43,198 nt of DNA from a bacterium (GCA_963621425.1 CAVFEO010000001.1:1-43198), one strand, 5' to 3'. Positions 1 through 9,880 are shown, counted from the first letter of the stretch. Notes: generated by a model not told the origin, from the letters alone. Translations and numbers: made by a program.

Positions 1-77
1 AAATACTAAAAACAAATTATTGGTACAATATTTAGTTTTTGTTACAAAAATATTGTAAGAATTTGTATTTATAATAA

Positions 78-106
78 TTGCAAATAAAATTAAAGTGTTA
101 TATAAT
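78..106 (+). promoter_or_regulatory. sigma-A type promoter upstream of P-type ATPase gene
   Basis: TTGCAA (78-83), 17-nt spacer, TATAAT (101-106). AAGGTGA RBS precedes the ATG at 134. Confidence 0.55.
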
Positions 107-133
107 ATATTTATTAAAATATAAGGTGATGTT

Positions 134-2551
134 ATGCGAAAAAATAAAATAACAATAGATAGATATAATGCAGATGAGGCTGTTGGGCTAACAAGCGAGC
201 AAGTAGAGGCAAGAATGCGTGTTGGCTTAAACAACCCAAGCAATAGCAAAAGTGGTGTAACTTATTTTGGTATTGTTTTAAGCGAACTTTTTACTTATTT
301 TAACATTTTGTATATGGTAATAACTGCAGTTTTAATTTATTTGGGGCACGCAAACCAGTTAACATATTTGTTTGTAATAATTCCAAACCTTTTAATTGGC
401 ATTTGGCAAAAGTGCAGAAGTAAATATAACATAGATAAGTTGTCGCTTATGACAAAAACCAAAGTAAAAGTTATAAGAGATGGCAAAGAAGAGTTAATAG
501 ATACAGAAAGCATTGTGCGTGATGATATTATTTGTTTTAAAACTGGTAGTCAAATATCAAGCGATTCACTTTTAGTTTCTGGCGAGTGTGAAGTTAACGA
601 ATCTATGCTAACAGGCGAAAGTTTGCCGGTTAAAAAGCACTCTGGAGATAGGCTTTATGCAGGTTCTTTTATAACAAGTGGCGTATGTACTGCACGCGTT
701 TATGATGTTGGGCAAGATAACTATATTCATAAACTTGCATCAAAGGCAAAAAGATATTCTAAACCTAAAAGCGAAATTTTGCGTACGCTTAACAGTATAA
801 TTAAAGTTATTGGTATACTTATAATTCCGCTTGCAATTTTATTGTATTTCCGCATAGAAAATGTGGTTAAGGTTGCTGGTGCTATGATTGGTATGATTCC
901 AAGCGGTATGTTCTTGCTAACAAGTACCGCACTTGCTGTTTCTATGATGAAGCTTAGCCAAAAAAATACCCTTGTGCAAGAAATGTACTGTATAGAAATG
1001 CTTGCACGTGTGGATACAATTTGTATGGATAAAACCGGCACTATAACAGATGGCACTATGAGCGTGCAAAATGCGTTTTCTTTTAGTGAAGAAGTTAGCA
1101 TAGAACAGGTTAAAAATCGCATTGCGTGTATGCAATCCACCGTTAAAGATAACAACTTAACAAGCCTTGCGCTAAACGAGTATTTTGGCATATCGCAAGG
1201 CAAAGCAGTTCAAGAAGTTTTAGCGTTTTCTAGTGATAGAAAATATTATGCCGTTCGCTTTGAAGATGGTGCTTTTGCTCTTGGCGCGCCAGAGTTTGTG
1301 TGTGATATTAATAAGTATTCGTTTGTAAAAACTGAAGTAGAAGAAGAAGCAAAACTTGGCAACCGCGTGCTTGTGCTTGTAAGGCTAAACAAACAAAACG
1401 AAGCACTTGATGCGTTTGACAAACATAAATCTATCCCTGTTGGTGCAGTAATTTTAGAAGACCATGTAAGGCTTGATGCAATAGAAACAATTAATTACTT
1501 TAACGAAAATGGTGTAGATTTAAAGGTTATCTCTGGTGATAACCCGCTAACTGTTAGCGAAGTTGCTCGTAGGGCTGGCATTAAAAATGCAGATAAATAC
1601 ATTTCTCTTCAAGATATGCCTGTTGAAGAAGTGGAAAAAATTGCTCACGAATACACTGTTTTTGGTAGAGTAAGCCCACAACAAAAAGAGGCAATTATTC
1701 GTTCAATTAAGGCGCATAACCACACTGTTGCCATGATTGGTGATGGTGTAAACGATATATTAGCCCTTCGTGAGTGCGATTGTTCTGTTGCAATAGGCTC
1801 TGGTACTGAGGCTGCAAAAAATGTATCTCACTTAATTCTTGTTGATGATAACTTTGCAAATATGAAGCAAGTTATTGCAGAGGGTAGAAGATGCACAAAT
1901 AACTTGCAGAGCACAGGCTCTATGTTCTTAACAAAAACATTTATTTGCCTATCACTTTGCATATTCAGTTTAATAAGCGCATATTCTTATCCATTTAGTC
2001 CAAATCAACTATTAATGTTAGAATTGTTTGCAATAGGTCTTCCTGGTTTGTTCTTTGCATTGCAACCAAATAAAAACATTATCAAAGGTAAATTTTTGGA
2101 TAATGTTTTGTCAAAGGCGTTCAGCCAAGGCTTGTGCGCTTTAATTCTTGTTTTACCACTTTACTTTTTACTAAATAGTTCTAACTTTACAGAACCTATG
2201 GTGCAAACAATGCTAACTCTTATTGTTACATTTAACTCGTTATTTGTGCTATTTAGGGTAAATAAAAACTTAAATGCATTTAGGCTAACAGTTGCAATTT
2301 CTATGTTTATATTAACAACATTTGCATTTTTATTCTGCACAGATATTATTGGTATAAACTTGCTATCTTCAACACCGCTTATTCACTTGTTTACATTTGA
2401 ATTTGCTTCTTTAAATTTTTACCCACAACTTGTAATTGTATTATGTTTAATAGTTTTAATTTTGCCATTGCAAATAGGGCTTGGTAAATTAACAGACTTA
2501 ATTTTAACTAAAACAAGGCAAAAACAAAACATAAACAAAGCGGATAATTAA
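134..2551 (+). CDS. cation-transporting P-type ATPase (HAD-IC superfamily; ion specificity unclear)
   Basis: 805 aa. Has the actuator motif TGES (MLTGESLPV), phosphorylation site CMDKTGTITDG and hinge motif GDGVNDILAL, plus multiple N- and C-terminal hydrophobic helices. Confidence 0.9.
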   Translation: MRKNKITIDRYNADEAVGLTSEQVEARMRVGLNNPSNSKSGVTYFGIVLSELFTYFNILYMVITAVLIYLGHANQLTYLFVIIPNLLIGIWQKCRSKYNIDKLSLMTKTKVKVIRDGKEELIDTESIVRDDIICFKTGSQISSDSLLVSGECEVNESMLTGESLPVKKHSGDRLYAGSFITSGVCTARVYDVGQDNYIHKLASKAKRYSKPKSEILRTLNSIIKVIGILIIPLAILLYFRIENVVKVAGAMIGMIPSGMFLLTSTALAVSMMKLSQKNTLVQEMYCIEMLARVDTICMDKTGTITDGTMSVQNAFSFSEEVSIEQVKNRIACMQSTVKDNNLTSLALNEYFGISQGKAVQEVLAFSSDRKYYAVRFEDGAFALGAPEFVCDINKYSFVKTEVEEEAKLGNRVLVLVRLNKQNEALDAFDKHKSIPVGAVILEDHVRLDAIETINYFNENGVDLKVISGDNPLTVSEVARRAGIKNADKYISLQDMPVEEVEKIAHEYTVFGRVSPQQKEAIIRSIKAHNHTVAMIGDGVNDILALRECDCSVAIGSGTEAAKNVSHLILVDDNFANMKQVIAEGRRCTNNLQSTGSMFLTKTFICLSLCIFSLISAYSYPFSPNQLLMLELFAIGLPGLFFALQPNKNIIKGKFLDNVLSKAFSQGLCALILVLPLYFLLNSSNFTEPMVQTMLTLIVTFNSLFVLFRVNKNLNAFRLTVAISMFILTTFAFLFCTDIIGINLLSSTPLIHLFTFEFASLNFYPQLVIVLCLIVLILPLQIGLGKLTDLILTKTRQKQNINKADN

Positions 2552-2610
2552 TTTTAAAAACAAACACAAAATTAAAATAAAAAACAAAATAAACCGTTTA
2601 AAGAATAAAA

Positions 2611-2639
2611 AGTGCTAAAAACTAGCACTTTTTGTTTTT
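2611..2639 (+). terminator. rho-independent terminator after ATPase gene
   Basis: Stem AGTGCTA (2611-2617) / TAGCACT (2623-2629) followed by a T-run. Confidence 0.7.
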
Positions 2640-2697
2640 ATGTGTTTGCAAAGTTTTATAAAAAATTTATAGCAATTACATATGCTAAAATATTTAT

Positions 2698-2726
2698 TTG
2701 ACATTTTACTAATTTAGTGTTAAAGT
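2698..2726 (+). promoter_or_regulatory. sigma-A type promoter (extended -10) upstream of Nudix gene
   Basis: TTGACA (2698-2703), 17-nt spacer ending in TGT, TAAAGT (2721-2726). AAAGGAG RBS precedes the ATG at 2752. Confidence 0.5.
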
Positions 2727-2751
2727 TAAACCATTAAAGGAGAGTTATTGT

Positions 2752-3453
2752 ATGAATAAGTTTAAACAATACAGGCAAGCAAAAACCGAATATGCTTACT
2801 CTCTTTTCAAAAATGGGCAATCGTTTGAAAAAGTTCGTGCATTAATTATTAAAGATAATAAAATTCTTTTAGTGCACAGAATTGCATCTAATATTTATTC
2901 TCTGCCAGGGGGCGGGGTAGAAAATGGCGAAAATTATCAAATGGCAGTAGAGAGAGAATGCTATGAAGAAGCCAAGGCTAAAGTTAAGTTTAAAAGCGTT
3001 GTAGGTATATTAAATTATGATGTTAATATGACATGTAAAAGTGAAAAGTTTTTATCCACAAGAATAGAATATTATTGCTGGTGCGATTTTATTAGTTTTA
3101 TAAAAAATAAAAAGTTTTTTGGGCTTAATGGTGAGTTTTTTGAAAAGGTAGAAGTTGTTTGGCAAAGTTTAGACCAAATAGAAAAATGCGGGATTAACGA
3201 TTATATAGTAGATAAAATTCGTAAAATTCAAGCCAAAATATCACAAAACAAAGTTGTTAAAACAAAATCTGTTACAAGCAAGCAGGGTAGTGTGATACAC
3301 GCTTTTGCAAAGGGGCAAAAAATAAAAAATGCCACAAAGGTCAAAAAAGAAGTTTGTGCAAACACTAAAGCAGATAAGACACAAAAGTCAAAAGCATCTG
3401 CAAATAAGGTAAAAAAACAAAATAAGCTTGCAGAAAAAAATGGTACTAATTAA
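2752..3453 (+). CDS. Nudix hydrolase with lysine-rich C-terminal tail
   Basis: 233 aa. Nudix box GGGVENGENYQMAVERECYEEAKA fits GX5EX7REUXEEXGU with G replaced by K near the end. The last ~70 aa are K/T/N/A-rich low complexity. Confidence 0.85.
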   Translation: MNKFKQYRQAKTEYAYSLFKNGQSFEKVRALIIKDNKILLVHRIASNIYSLPGGGVENGENYQMAVERECYEEAKAKVKFKSVVGILNYDVNMTCKSEKFLSTRIEYYCWCDFISFIKNKKFFGLNGEFFEKVEVVWQSLDQIEKCGINDYIVDKIRKIQAKISQNKVVKTKSVTSKQGSVIHAFAKGQKIKNATKVKKEVCANTKADKTQKSKASANKVKKQNKLAEKNGTN

Positions 3454-3467
3454 TAGTACCTTTTTTG
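3442..3467. terminator. bidirectional terminator between Nudix gene and convergent hypothetical gene
   Basis: Stem GGTACTA (3442-3448) / TAGTACC (3454-3460), with an A-run on one side and a T-run on the other. Confidence 0.65.
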
Positions 3468-3487
3468 TTTGTGTTTAGATTGATTAA

Positions 3488-3910
3488 TTATCTTTTATCA
3501 AAAAATGTGTCTGGATTGTTTTCGTCATAATCATAAATTGTTACGGCTTTTTTGCTAAATTGGTCCATTGTTTTTTGTGGGTCTGGCTCTTTTGAGTTCG
3601 CAACCATTGTAAAGTAAGCATTTTCAATTATTTGTTGTGCTTTTGTTGGGATATAAATGCTTGCAGGGATATCACCGTTTTCTCTGATTATGCTATCTTT
3701 TAGAATTTTCATTAATTCGCCTGCAATTTCAGCATCTTGAATTTCGTAAGCCTCGTATACATGTTTTAACATTTTAAGGGTAGGCACTTCACCTTTGTTT
3801 GCAATAGAAATTGCAACATCATAAAGTTTTTCAAAAGTGATAGCCTTTTTAATAGGATTGTTGTTTATTTGTTCTTCTAATTTTGCGTATTTGTTTTTTA
3901 ATAAGTTCAT
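3488..3910 (-). CDS. hypothetical protein (141 aa)
   Basis: The track ORF extends to 3970, but the ATG at 3910 (MNLLKNKYAKLEE...) is preceded by an AAGGGAGAA RBS, and a consensus promoter lies inside the longer ORF. No recognisable motifs. Confidence 0.55.
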   Translation of the reverse strand: MNLLKNKYAKLEEQINNNPIKKAITFEKLYDVAISIANKGEVPTLKMLKHVYEAYEIQDAEIAGELMKILKDSIIRENGDIPASIYIPTKAQQIIENAYFTMVANSKEPDPQKTMDQFSKKAVTIYDYDENNPDTFFDKR

Positions 3911-3941
3911 ACCTAAATTCTCCCTTTGTTTTTTCGCAAAT

Positions 3942-3970
3942 ATTTTACCACAAAAAAAACAATGTGTCAA
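3942..3970 (-). promoter_or_regulatory. sigma-A type promoter for the 141-aa hypothetical gene
   Basis: On the minus strand: TTGACA (3970-3965), 17-nt spacer, TAAAAT (3947-3942). Confidence 0.55.
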
Positions 3971-4009
3971 TATTATTTAACAAATAGAAAAGCGGATAAA
4001 TTAACTTAG

Positions 4010-4043
4010 ATAAAAAGAAAAACGCATCTATATTAAGTGCGTT
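4010..4043 (-). terminator. rho-independent terminator after the 84-aa ORF
   Basis: Minus-strand hairpin AACGCA...TGCGTT (4021-4043) followed by a U-rich tract (complement of 4012-4020). Confidence 0.5.
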
Positions 4044-4051
4044 TTTGTGTT

Positions 4052-4306
4052 TTACCAATCTAGGTTTGCAGATTGTTCTCTTGCATGATTCATTTCCTCT
4101 TCTTTAGTGCGGCCTGTTTTCATATAGTTTTCATCAATATTGTGTTCTTTGTAAAATGCGCTAATTATTTGCTTTTTAGCTTTTATATCTATTTCTACTT
4201 GTGGTCTCATTGATGCATCAACAAATTTAATTGAAGAGACAACAAAATGCTCAAGTTCACGCATATTATTTTTGGCTTTTTTGGCATTAACATCTGTAGG
4301 GAACAT
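4052..4306 (-). CDS. hypothetical protein (84 aa); no Shine-Dalgarno, in frame with the upstream LRR ORF
   Basis: ORF only. The 18 codons between the LRR gene's TAG and this ATG are open and look protein-like (SIFELIKILYKEYADYAI). Confidence 0.4.
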   Translation of the reverse strand: MFPTDVNAKKAKNNMRELEHFVVSSIKFVDASMRPQVEIDIKAKKQIISAFYKEHNIDENYMKTGRTKEEEMNHAREQSANLDW

Positions 4307-4360
4307 TATTGCGTAATCGGCATATTCTTTGTATAAAATTTTAATAAGTTCAAATATAGA

Positions 4361-5188
4361 CTAATCGTTATCTCTAAATATAAGGTTTGCTAAATCTTCA
4401 TTTGCTTCAATTACTCGGCAGTTGTCATTTTCTGTTATTTGGCAACTATCTAAAAAGTATAGGCCATTATCTTTTTCTATTACGCAAGCAATATTTGTAT
4501 AACTAAAACATTGTTTTCCTAAGTTTGTTTGCTTGTTTTCACACACAACACTACTTAGGTTGTCGCAGTTGTAAAAAGCCTCTGCATCAACGCTTTCTAC
4601 ATTTTGCGGAATAATTATTTTGCGAAGGGCAAAACAGTCCAAAAATGCCCGTTTTTGAATTGATTTAATGCTAGATGAGAACTTTATATCAACAAGGCGA
4701 GAGCAACGCTCAAAAGCACCATTAGAAATTGTTTGCAAACCCTCGTTAAAAACAAGAGTTGTAAAATCGTTACCAACAAAACTCTTTTTGCCAATTTTTT
4801 TAAGCGAGGTAGGGAAGTTAATTTTTTCAAGTCTTGCTTCATAAAACGCCTGCTCGCCAACTTCTTCCAAACCTTCTGGCAAGTCAATGCGTTTAAGAGA
4901 TGGGCAATATTTAAAGCACTCTTCACTTATTTGTTTTAAGTTTTTAGGCAAAACAACTTCTTCTAAATAGTCGCAATCTTCAAAGGCGTGTGCGCCAATG
5001 CTTTTAATGCTATCTGGAATAACAATGCTTCTAAGAAAGTATTCGCCTTTAGCATCATCTTGCCTTTTAACAGAATCAAAATCATAAAAAGCGTTTGGCG
5101 CAATTTCTGTTGCATCACGCCAAAACTCTTCTTTGTTTGTTATAAAAAGTTCAATGTTTTGCTGAACATATTCCTTTGTTATAATCAT
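4361..5188 (-). CDS. leucine-rich repeat protein (BspA-like LRR_5 type), no signal peptide
   Basis: 275 aa. Contains tandem ~23-aa repeats of the form IP.sv..Ig..AF..C..L..i.lp (IPDSIKSIGAHAFEDCDYLEEVVLPKNLKQISEECFKYCPSLKRIDLPEGLEEVGEQAF...). AAGGAG RBS; the start is 16 nt after the topoisomerase A-subunit stop. Confidence 0.75.
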   Translation of the reverse strand: MIITKEYVQQNIELFITNKEEFWRDATEIAPNAFYDFDSVKRQDDAKGEYFLRSIVIPDSIKSIGAHAFEDCDYLEEVVLPKNLKQISEECFKYCPSLKRIDLPEGLEEVGEQAFYEARLEKINFPTSLKKIGKKSFVGNDFTTLVFNEGLQTISNGAFERCSRLVDIKFSSSIKSIQKRAFLDCFALRKIIIPQNVESVDAEAFYNCDNLSSVVCENKQTNLGKQCFSYTNIACVIEKDNGLYFLDSCQITENDNCRVIEANEDLANLIFRDND

Positions 5189-5203
5189 AAAAACAACTCC
5201 TTA

Positions 5204-7699
5204 TTATAGTTTGTTGAATATATAAACACCGCTAACCATCAAACCGGCTTTGCTTCTAGTTACAGATTTTCCAAGTGATTGTCTGCTTGAGGCAATTTCT
5301 ATATCTTCTGTAAACTTAGATACAAATATGCCAGCCATATCTTGAATTAAAATTGTATAAGGCTCTTTTACAAGGCTTGCAAACGCTATTTGAGTGCCGT
5401 TTTCTTTGCCTAGTGGGCTAATTTTTACGCCTTTGCGGTTACGAGGCAATATATCAATTTCAGGTAAAATTGTACGCTTTGCGTATGCCTTGTTAGTAAC
5501 AGTTATAATTTCGCCTTCATTGCTAGAAAGTGTTGCAAATACAACATTATCTTTATCTTCTAAATTAATTGCCTTTATACCTTGTGTTACACGCCCGCTT
5601 GTTGTTACATCATCAATTTTAGCATTTAAAATGTATCCGTTTTTGGTTACAAGCACCATAGTTTCGCTAGATGCATCACTTAAACTAATAGATGCAACTT
5701 CATCGCCTTCTTTTAGGGCAATACTTTGGTAGCACGCTTTTGCAACATCATATTCTGTTAAAGCACTCTTTTTAACCATACCAAGTTTAGTGAATATAAA
5801 CATATTAACATTTTTTGGCATTGTTTTAAACACATTAAAGTATACAACGCGTTCGTTTTGGCTCATTTCAAGTATTGAATGAAGAGGCGTTCCCTTATCT
5901 TTTAGTTTGCATATTTTAACCTTGTTTAGTGGTACTTTGTAGCAATAGCCAAGGTTTGTAAATATGTACGCAGTGTGTCCCGTTGTTGTTTTATAAACAA
6001 ACTCGTGCGTATCGTTTAGGGTAGTGGAGTTTGTAAAACTCTTTTGCGCTAATTGATAGTGCTTTGCCTGCATACACTTAATGTTGCCACTAGCAGAAAT
6101 TGCAACAACAACATCTTCAATAATTTCTTCATCTTTATCTTCGTCATCTTTATCAGAACCTTTTGGCTTTTTATCTGTAATAAGTTTTGTACGACGAGGA
6201 TTATTGTATTTCTTTTTAACTTCAAGCAATTCTTTTTTAACAACGGCATATTGTGCCTTATCGCTTGCAAGAATTTTAGATAGAGAGGCAATAAGTTCTT
6301 TTAATTCTTTTAACTCCTGCTCAATCTTATATTTTTCTAAATTTGTTAGTTTTGCAAGACGCATATCTAGTATTGCTTGTGCTTGTCTATCAGTTAATTT
6401 AAACTGTTGCATCAAACCTTGTTTTGCTTCTGTTGTGTTTGCACTTGATTTAATTAACTTAATAATCTTATCAATATTTTTAATTGCAATTAACAAACCT
6501 TCTAAAATGTGTGCGCGTTCTTTTGCAATGTCTAGGTCATATTTAGTACGCTTAACAATAACGCCTTTTCTATATTCTAGGTAGTAATGCAAAATATCCA
6601 TAAGGCCAAGTTGTTTTGGCTTACCATCTGCAATTGCAACCATATTAATGTAAAAACCAGTTTCTAGGTTTGTGTATTTTAACAAGTAGTTCAAAATGCG
6701 TTGAGCGTTTGCATCTTTTTTAAGTTTGATTACGGCTCTCATTCCAGAGCGGTCGCTTTCATCACGGATTTCTTGAATTCCAGCAAGGTTATCTTTGCCT
6801 TTATCTTCTCTTAATTCGTTTATTTTTTGTAGAAGCGCAACTTTGTTTACTTGATATGGAAGTTCTGTTATAACAATGCTCTTTTTGTCGCCATCAGTTT
6901 CTATTTTAACACTTGCACGCAAAGTAATTTTACCCTTACCAGTTTCATACGCTTGCTTAATTTCATCGCCTTCTATAACAATGTTAGCACCCGTTGGAAA
7001 GTCTGGCGCAGGTAGAACCTTCATAACATCATCAAGAGTTGCCTTCTTTTTATCAATTATAGTAACAACAGCATCAATAACTTCGCCAAGGTTGTGTGTT
7101 GGTATGTTTGTTGCAAGACCAACGGCAATACCGCTTCCGCCATTTACAAGTAGGTTAGGAAATCCCGCTGGCAACATATCTGGCTCTTTAAGGGTATCGT
7201 CAAAGTTTAGTGACCAACTTACAGTATTTTTTTCTAAATCTTTTAGCATTTCCATTGCAAGTGGGGCAAGTTTTGCTTCTGTGTACCTCATTGCTGCTGC
7301 GCTATCGCCATCAATAGAACCATAGTTTCCGTGGCCGTAAACAAGAATTTCACGCATATTAAAATCTTGCGCCATTCTAACCATTGCATCGTATACAGAA
7401 CTATCGCCGTGTGGGTGATATTTACCTAAACAATCACCGACAACTCTCGCACTTTTCTTAACTTCTTTATCTGGTGTAATGCCTAAATCATACATTGTGT
7501 AAAGTATACGGCGTTGAACAGGTTTAAGACCATCTTCAACTCGTGGCAATGCTCTGTCTAGTATTACATGTTCAGAATATGGCATCATACTTTCGTGCAA
7601 AACTTTATCTAAGTTGTTAAAGAAAATTTTAGATGTATCTTTTTCTTCTTTTACTTTAACATCTTTTGCTTTTGCTTTGCTTTTCTTTTTGCTTTCCAT
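5204..7699 (-). CDS. parC: type IIA DNA topoisomerase subunit A, ParC-like (topoisomerase IV subunit A / gyrase A family)
   Basis: 831 aa. Motifs [29 protein letters not shown] and catalytic AAMRYTE are present. KPVQRR is the ParC form (GyrA has KPVHRR), and no Q(R/K)RGG(K/R)G GyrA box is visible at the start of the C-terminal domain ([26 protein letters not shown]). Confidence 0.85.
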   Translation of the reverse strand: MESKKKSKAKAKDVKVKEEKDTSKIFFNNLDKVLHESMMPYSEHVILDRALPRVEDGLKPVQRRILYTMYDLGITPDKEVKKSARVVGDCLGKYHPHGDSSVYDAMVRMAQDFNMREILVYGHGNYGSIDGDSAAAMRYTEAKLAPLAMEMLKDLEKNTVSWSLNFDDTLKEPDMLPAGFPNLLVNGGSGIAVGLATNIPTHNLGEVIDAVVTIIDKKKATLDDVMKVLPAPDFPTGANIVIEGDEIKQAYETGKGKITLRASVKIETDGDKKSIVITELPYQVNKVALLQKINELREDKGKDNLAGIQEIRDESDRSGMRAVIKLKKDANAQRILNYLLKYTNLETGFYINMVAIADGKPKQLGLMDILHYYLEYRKGVIVKRTKYDLDIAKERAHILEGLLIAIKNIDKIIKLIKSSANTTEAKQGLMQQFKLTDRQAQAILDMRLAKLTNLEKYKIEQELKELKELIASLSKILASDKAQYAVVKKELLEVKKKYNNPRRTKLITDKKPKGSDKDDEDKDEEIIEDVVVAISASGNIKCMQAKHYQLAQKSFTNSTTLNDTHEFVYKTTTGHTAYIFTNLGYCYKVPLNKVKICKLKDKGTPLHSILEMSQNERVVYFNVFKTMPKNVNMFIFTKLGMVKKSALTEYDVAKACYQSIALKEGDEVASISLSDASSETMVLVTKNGYILNAKIDDVTTSGRVTQGIKAINLEDKDNVVFATLSSNEGEIITVTNKAYAKRTILPEIDILPRNRKGVKISPLGKENGTQIAFASLVKEPYTILIQDMAGIFVSKFTEDIEIASSRQSLGKSVTRSKAGLMVSGVYIFNKL

Positions 7700-7758
7700 A
7701 ATAAAATCCTTAATAAAATGTATTTGTTTTAGTTGTTTTTAATATTTTTAGCGGTTAT

Positions 7759-9714
7759 TTAAACCTTTTTAGCCAAAAATTTCTTTTCAATTTCGTTTAC
7801 TTTGTTAAAGTTCGCATTTGCAGAAATATATTCTTTACGCTCTTCAATGTTGTCGCCCATAAGTATGTTTACCATACGCTCTGCTTCAACTTCATCATCT
7901 AAATCAACACGCACCAAACTGCGCTTTTTAGGGTCCATAGTTGTATCCCAAAGTTGGTCAGGGTTCATTTCACCAAGACCTTTATAACGCTGTATTGTGT
8001 AGCCCTTACCAATGCGGTCAATAGCCTCTGGCAATTCTGCATCGCTATAAACATATTCAACAGTTTTGCCCTTAGACACTCTGTATAGTGGTGGCATACC
8101 CATATATACATATCCGCCTGTAATTAACTCACGCATATATCTAAAGAAGAATGTTAAAAGTATTGCTCTAATGTGCGCACCATCTTGGTCTGCATCGGCA
8201 AGGATAATTACCTTGTGGTATTTTAAGTTCTTTGGGTTAAAGTCTTCGCCAATGCCTGCACCAAGGGCAGAAATAATTGTTCTAATTTCTTCGTTTTGAA
8301 GCACTTGTTCAAGGCGCTTTTTCTCTGCATTAAGTGGCTTACCTTTAAGTGGCAAAATTGCTTGTGTTTTTCTATCACGCGCCATTTTTGCACTACCACC
8401 TGCTGAATCACCTTCTACAATAAATAGTTCGTTCAATTCTGCCTTATGGCCTGTACAAGATGCAAGTTTTCCTACAAGGTTGCCAACATCAAGTGAGTTT
8501 TTAGCCCTTGTAATTTCTTTTGCTTTTTTAGCAGCCTCTCTTGCTTTTGCTGCGTTTTTTGCCTTGTTTATAACAAGTTCAATGCTCTTTTCAAACTCTT
8601 TTCGCTCAACAAGTTTAGCAAGTTCTGTTGTTACAATTTGTTCAACTTCTGCCTTTGCTTCTGGGTTACCAAGTTTTGTTTTTGTTTGACCTTCAAACTG
8701 AACATTTTGCATTTTTATAGAAAGTATTGCACTAATACCTTCTCTAAAATCTTCGCCAAGCAAGTTTTGTTCTTTTTCTTTTAAATAGTTATTTTTTCTT
8801 GCATAGTCGTTTAGTACTTTTGTAATTGCTGCTTTAAAACCAGTTTCGTGCGTACCGCCTTCGCTTGTTGGAATATTGTTTACAAAAGAGAAGATGTTTT
8901 CGCTATAACCATCTGTGTAACTAATTGCGCACTCTAACTTTACAATTTTTGATGAACCTTCTATATATAAGCAAGGAGAGAATAGGGTGGTTTTGCCTTT
9001 GTTTATGTAAGAAGCAAAATCTACAAGCCCGCCATCATAAGCATACACAACATCAGTGTCAGTTCGCTCGTCAATAAGTTCAATTCTAAGTCCCTTATTT
9101 AAAAACGCAAGTTCTTTAAGCCTTGTGCTTACAACATCAAAAATAAATTTTTCATCGCCAAAAATGGTTGGGTCTGGTAAAAATGTAACAAGCGTACCTT
9201 TTTTGTTTGTTTTGCCAACTTCATATAGTGGCTTTGTTGTTATACCGCCATGAACTTTGCCCTTGCTATCTTCTTTTAAGCCAAATTCCACACAGTATTC
9301 TTTGCCATCTTTATAAACATTAACTTTGCACCAAGTACTAAGGGCATTCACTACAGAAGCGCCTACGCCGTGAAGACCGCCAGAGTATGCGTAATTGCCA
9401 TTATCAAACTTACCGCCTGCGTGCAACTTTGTAAAAACAACTTCAACACCGCTCTTTTTTAATTCTGGGTGCATATCAACGGGTATGCCTCGTCCATTAT
9501 CTTCAACACTTGCAGAATTATCTTTATGAAGCGTTACGATAACTCTATCTGCAAAGTTGTTGCTTGCCTCATCAATTGCGTTATCCACAATTTCCCACAA
9601 AAGGTGGTGCATTCCTTTGCTACCAGTTGTACCAATGTACATACCAGGTCTAAGCCTAACAGCATCTAATCCTTCTAATACTACAATGTCTTTTGATTCA
9701 TAACTTTTTGCCAT
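7759..9714 (-). CDS. parE: type IIA DNA topoisomerase subunit B, ParE-like (topoisomerase IV subunit B / gyrase B family)
   Basis: GHKL ATPase motifs (LEGLDAVRLRPGMYIG, EIVDNAIDE, DNGRGIP), Toprim EGDSAGGSAK and PLKGK are present. Start set at the ATG at 9714 (MAKSYESKD) behind an AAGGAAG RBS rather than the track start at 9756. The ParE-versus-GyrB call rests mainly on the partner subunit. Confidence 0.85.
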   Translation of the reverse strand: MAKSYESKDIVVLEGLDAVRLRPGMYIGTTGSKGMHHLLWEIVDNAIDEASNNFADRVIVTLHKDNSASVEDNGRGIPVDMHPELKKSGVEVVFTKLHAGGKFDNGNYAYSGGLHGVGASVVNALSTWCKVNVYKDGKEYCVEFGLKEDSKGKVHGGITTKPLYEVGKTNKKGTLVTFLPDPTIFGDEKFIFDVVSTRLKELAFLNKGLRIELIDERTDTDVVYAYDGGLVDFASYINKGKTTLFSPCLYIEGSSKIVKLECAISYTDGYSENIFSFVNNIPTSEGGTHETGFKAAITKVLNDYARKNNYLKEKEQNLLGEDFREGISAILSIKMQNVQFEGQTKTKLGNPEAKAEVEQIVTTELAKLVERKEFEKSIELVINKAKNAAKAREAAKKAKEITRAKNSLDVGNLVGKLASCTGHKAELNELFIVEGDSAGGSAKMARDRKTQAILPLKGKPLNAEKKRLEQVLQNEEIRTIISALGAGIGEDFNPKNLKYHKVIILADADQDGAHIRAILLTFFFRYMRELITGGYVYMGMPPLYRVSKGKTVEYVYSDAELPEAIDRIGKGYTIQRYKGLGEMNPDQLWDTTMDPKKRSLVRVDLDDEVEAERMVNILMGDNIEERKEYISANANFNKVNEIEKKFLAKKV

Positions 9715-9760
9715 AAAATGCTTCCTTTTTAATTGTTCAAATTTTTGTACATACAATTAG

Positions 9761-9789
9761 ATAATACTTATTTTTTTAAAATTTTGCAA
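9761..9789 (-). promoter_or_regulatory. sigma-A type promoter for the topoisomerase operon
   Basis: On the minus strand: TTGCAA (9789-9784), 17-nt spacer, TATTAT (9766-9761). Confidence 0.5.
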
Positions 9790-9880
9790 CAAATTTAATT
9801 AAAATGCAACTTTTAATAAAATAAATTGGATAAAATTTTAGTTTTAATTGCTTATATTTGTTTAAGTTTTATTAATTAAT

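Noticed and set aside
3911-3970. N-terminal extension (MTHCFFCGKIFAKKQRENLG) of the 160-aa track ORF, looking like a CxxC zinc knuckle.
   Set aside because: The extension overlaps a well-formed TTGACA-17-TAAAAT promoter. The internal ATG at 3910 has a strong AAGGGAG RBS, so the extension is probably untranslated.
6081-7325. Long antisense ORFs inside conserved genes: 167 aa and 149 aa opposite parC, 158 aa opposite the ATPase at 727-1203, 160 aa opposite clpX at 26450-26932, 135 aa opposite yqfD at 38675-39082, and 114 aa opposite spoIIR at 29603-29947.
   Set aside because: Each lies fully within a gene whose product carries unmistakable family motifs. The antisense translations are low-complexity and S/L/F/I-rich, as expected for shadow frames. 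None has an RBS.
9583-9591. Perfect DnaA-box sequence TTATCCACA.
   Set aside because: It is a single copy inside the parE/gyrB-family coding region, as the complement of the codons for the conserved IVDNA motif. There is no cluster of boxes, so it does not indicate an origin.
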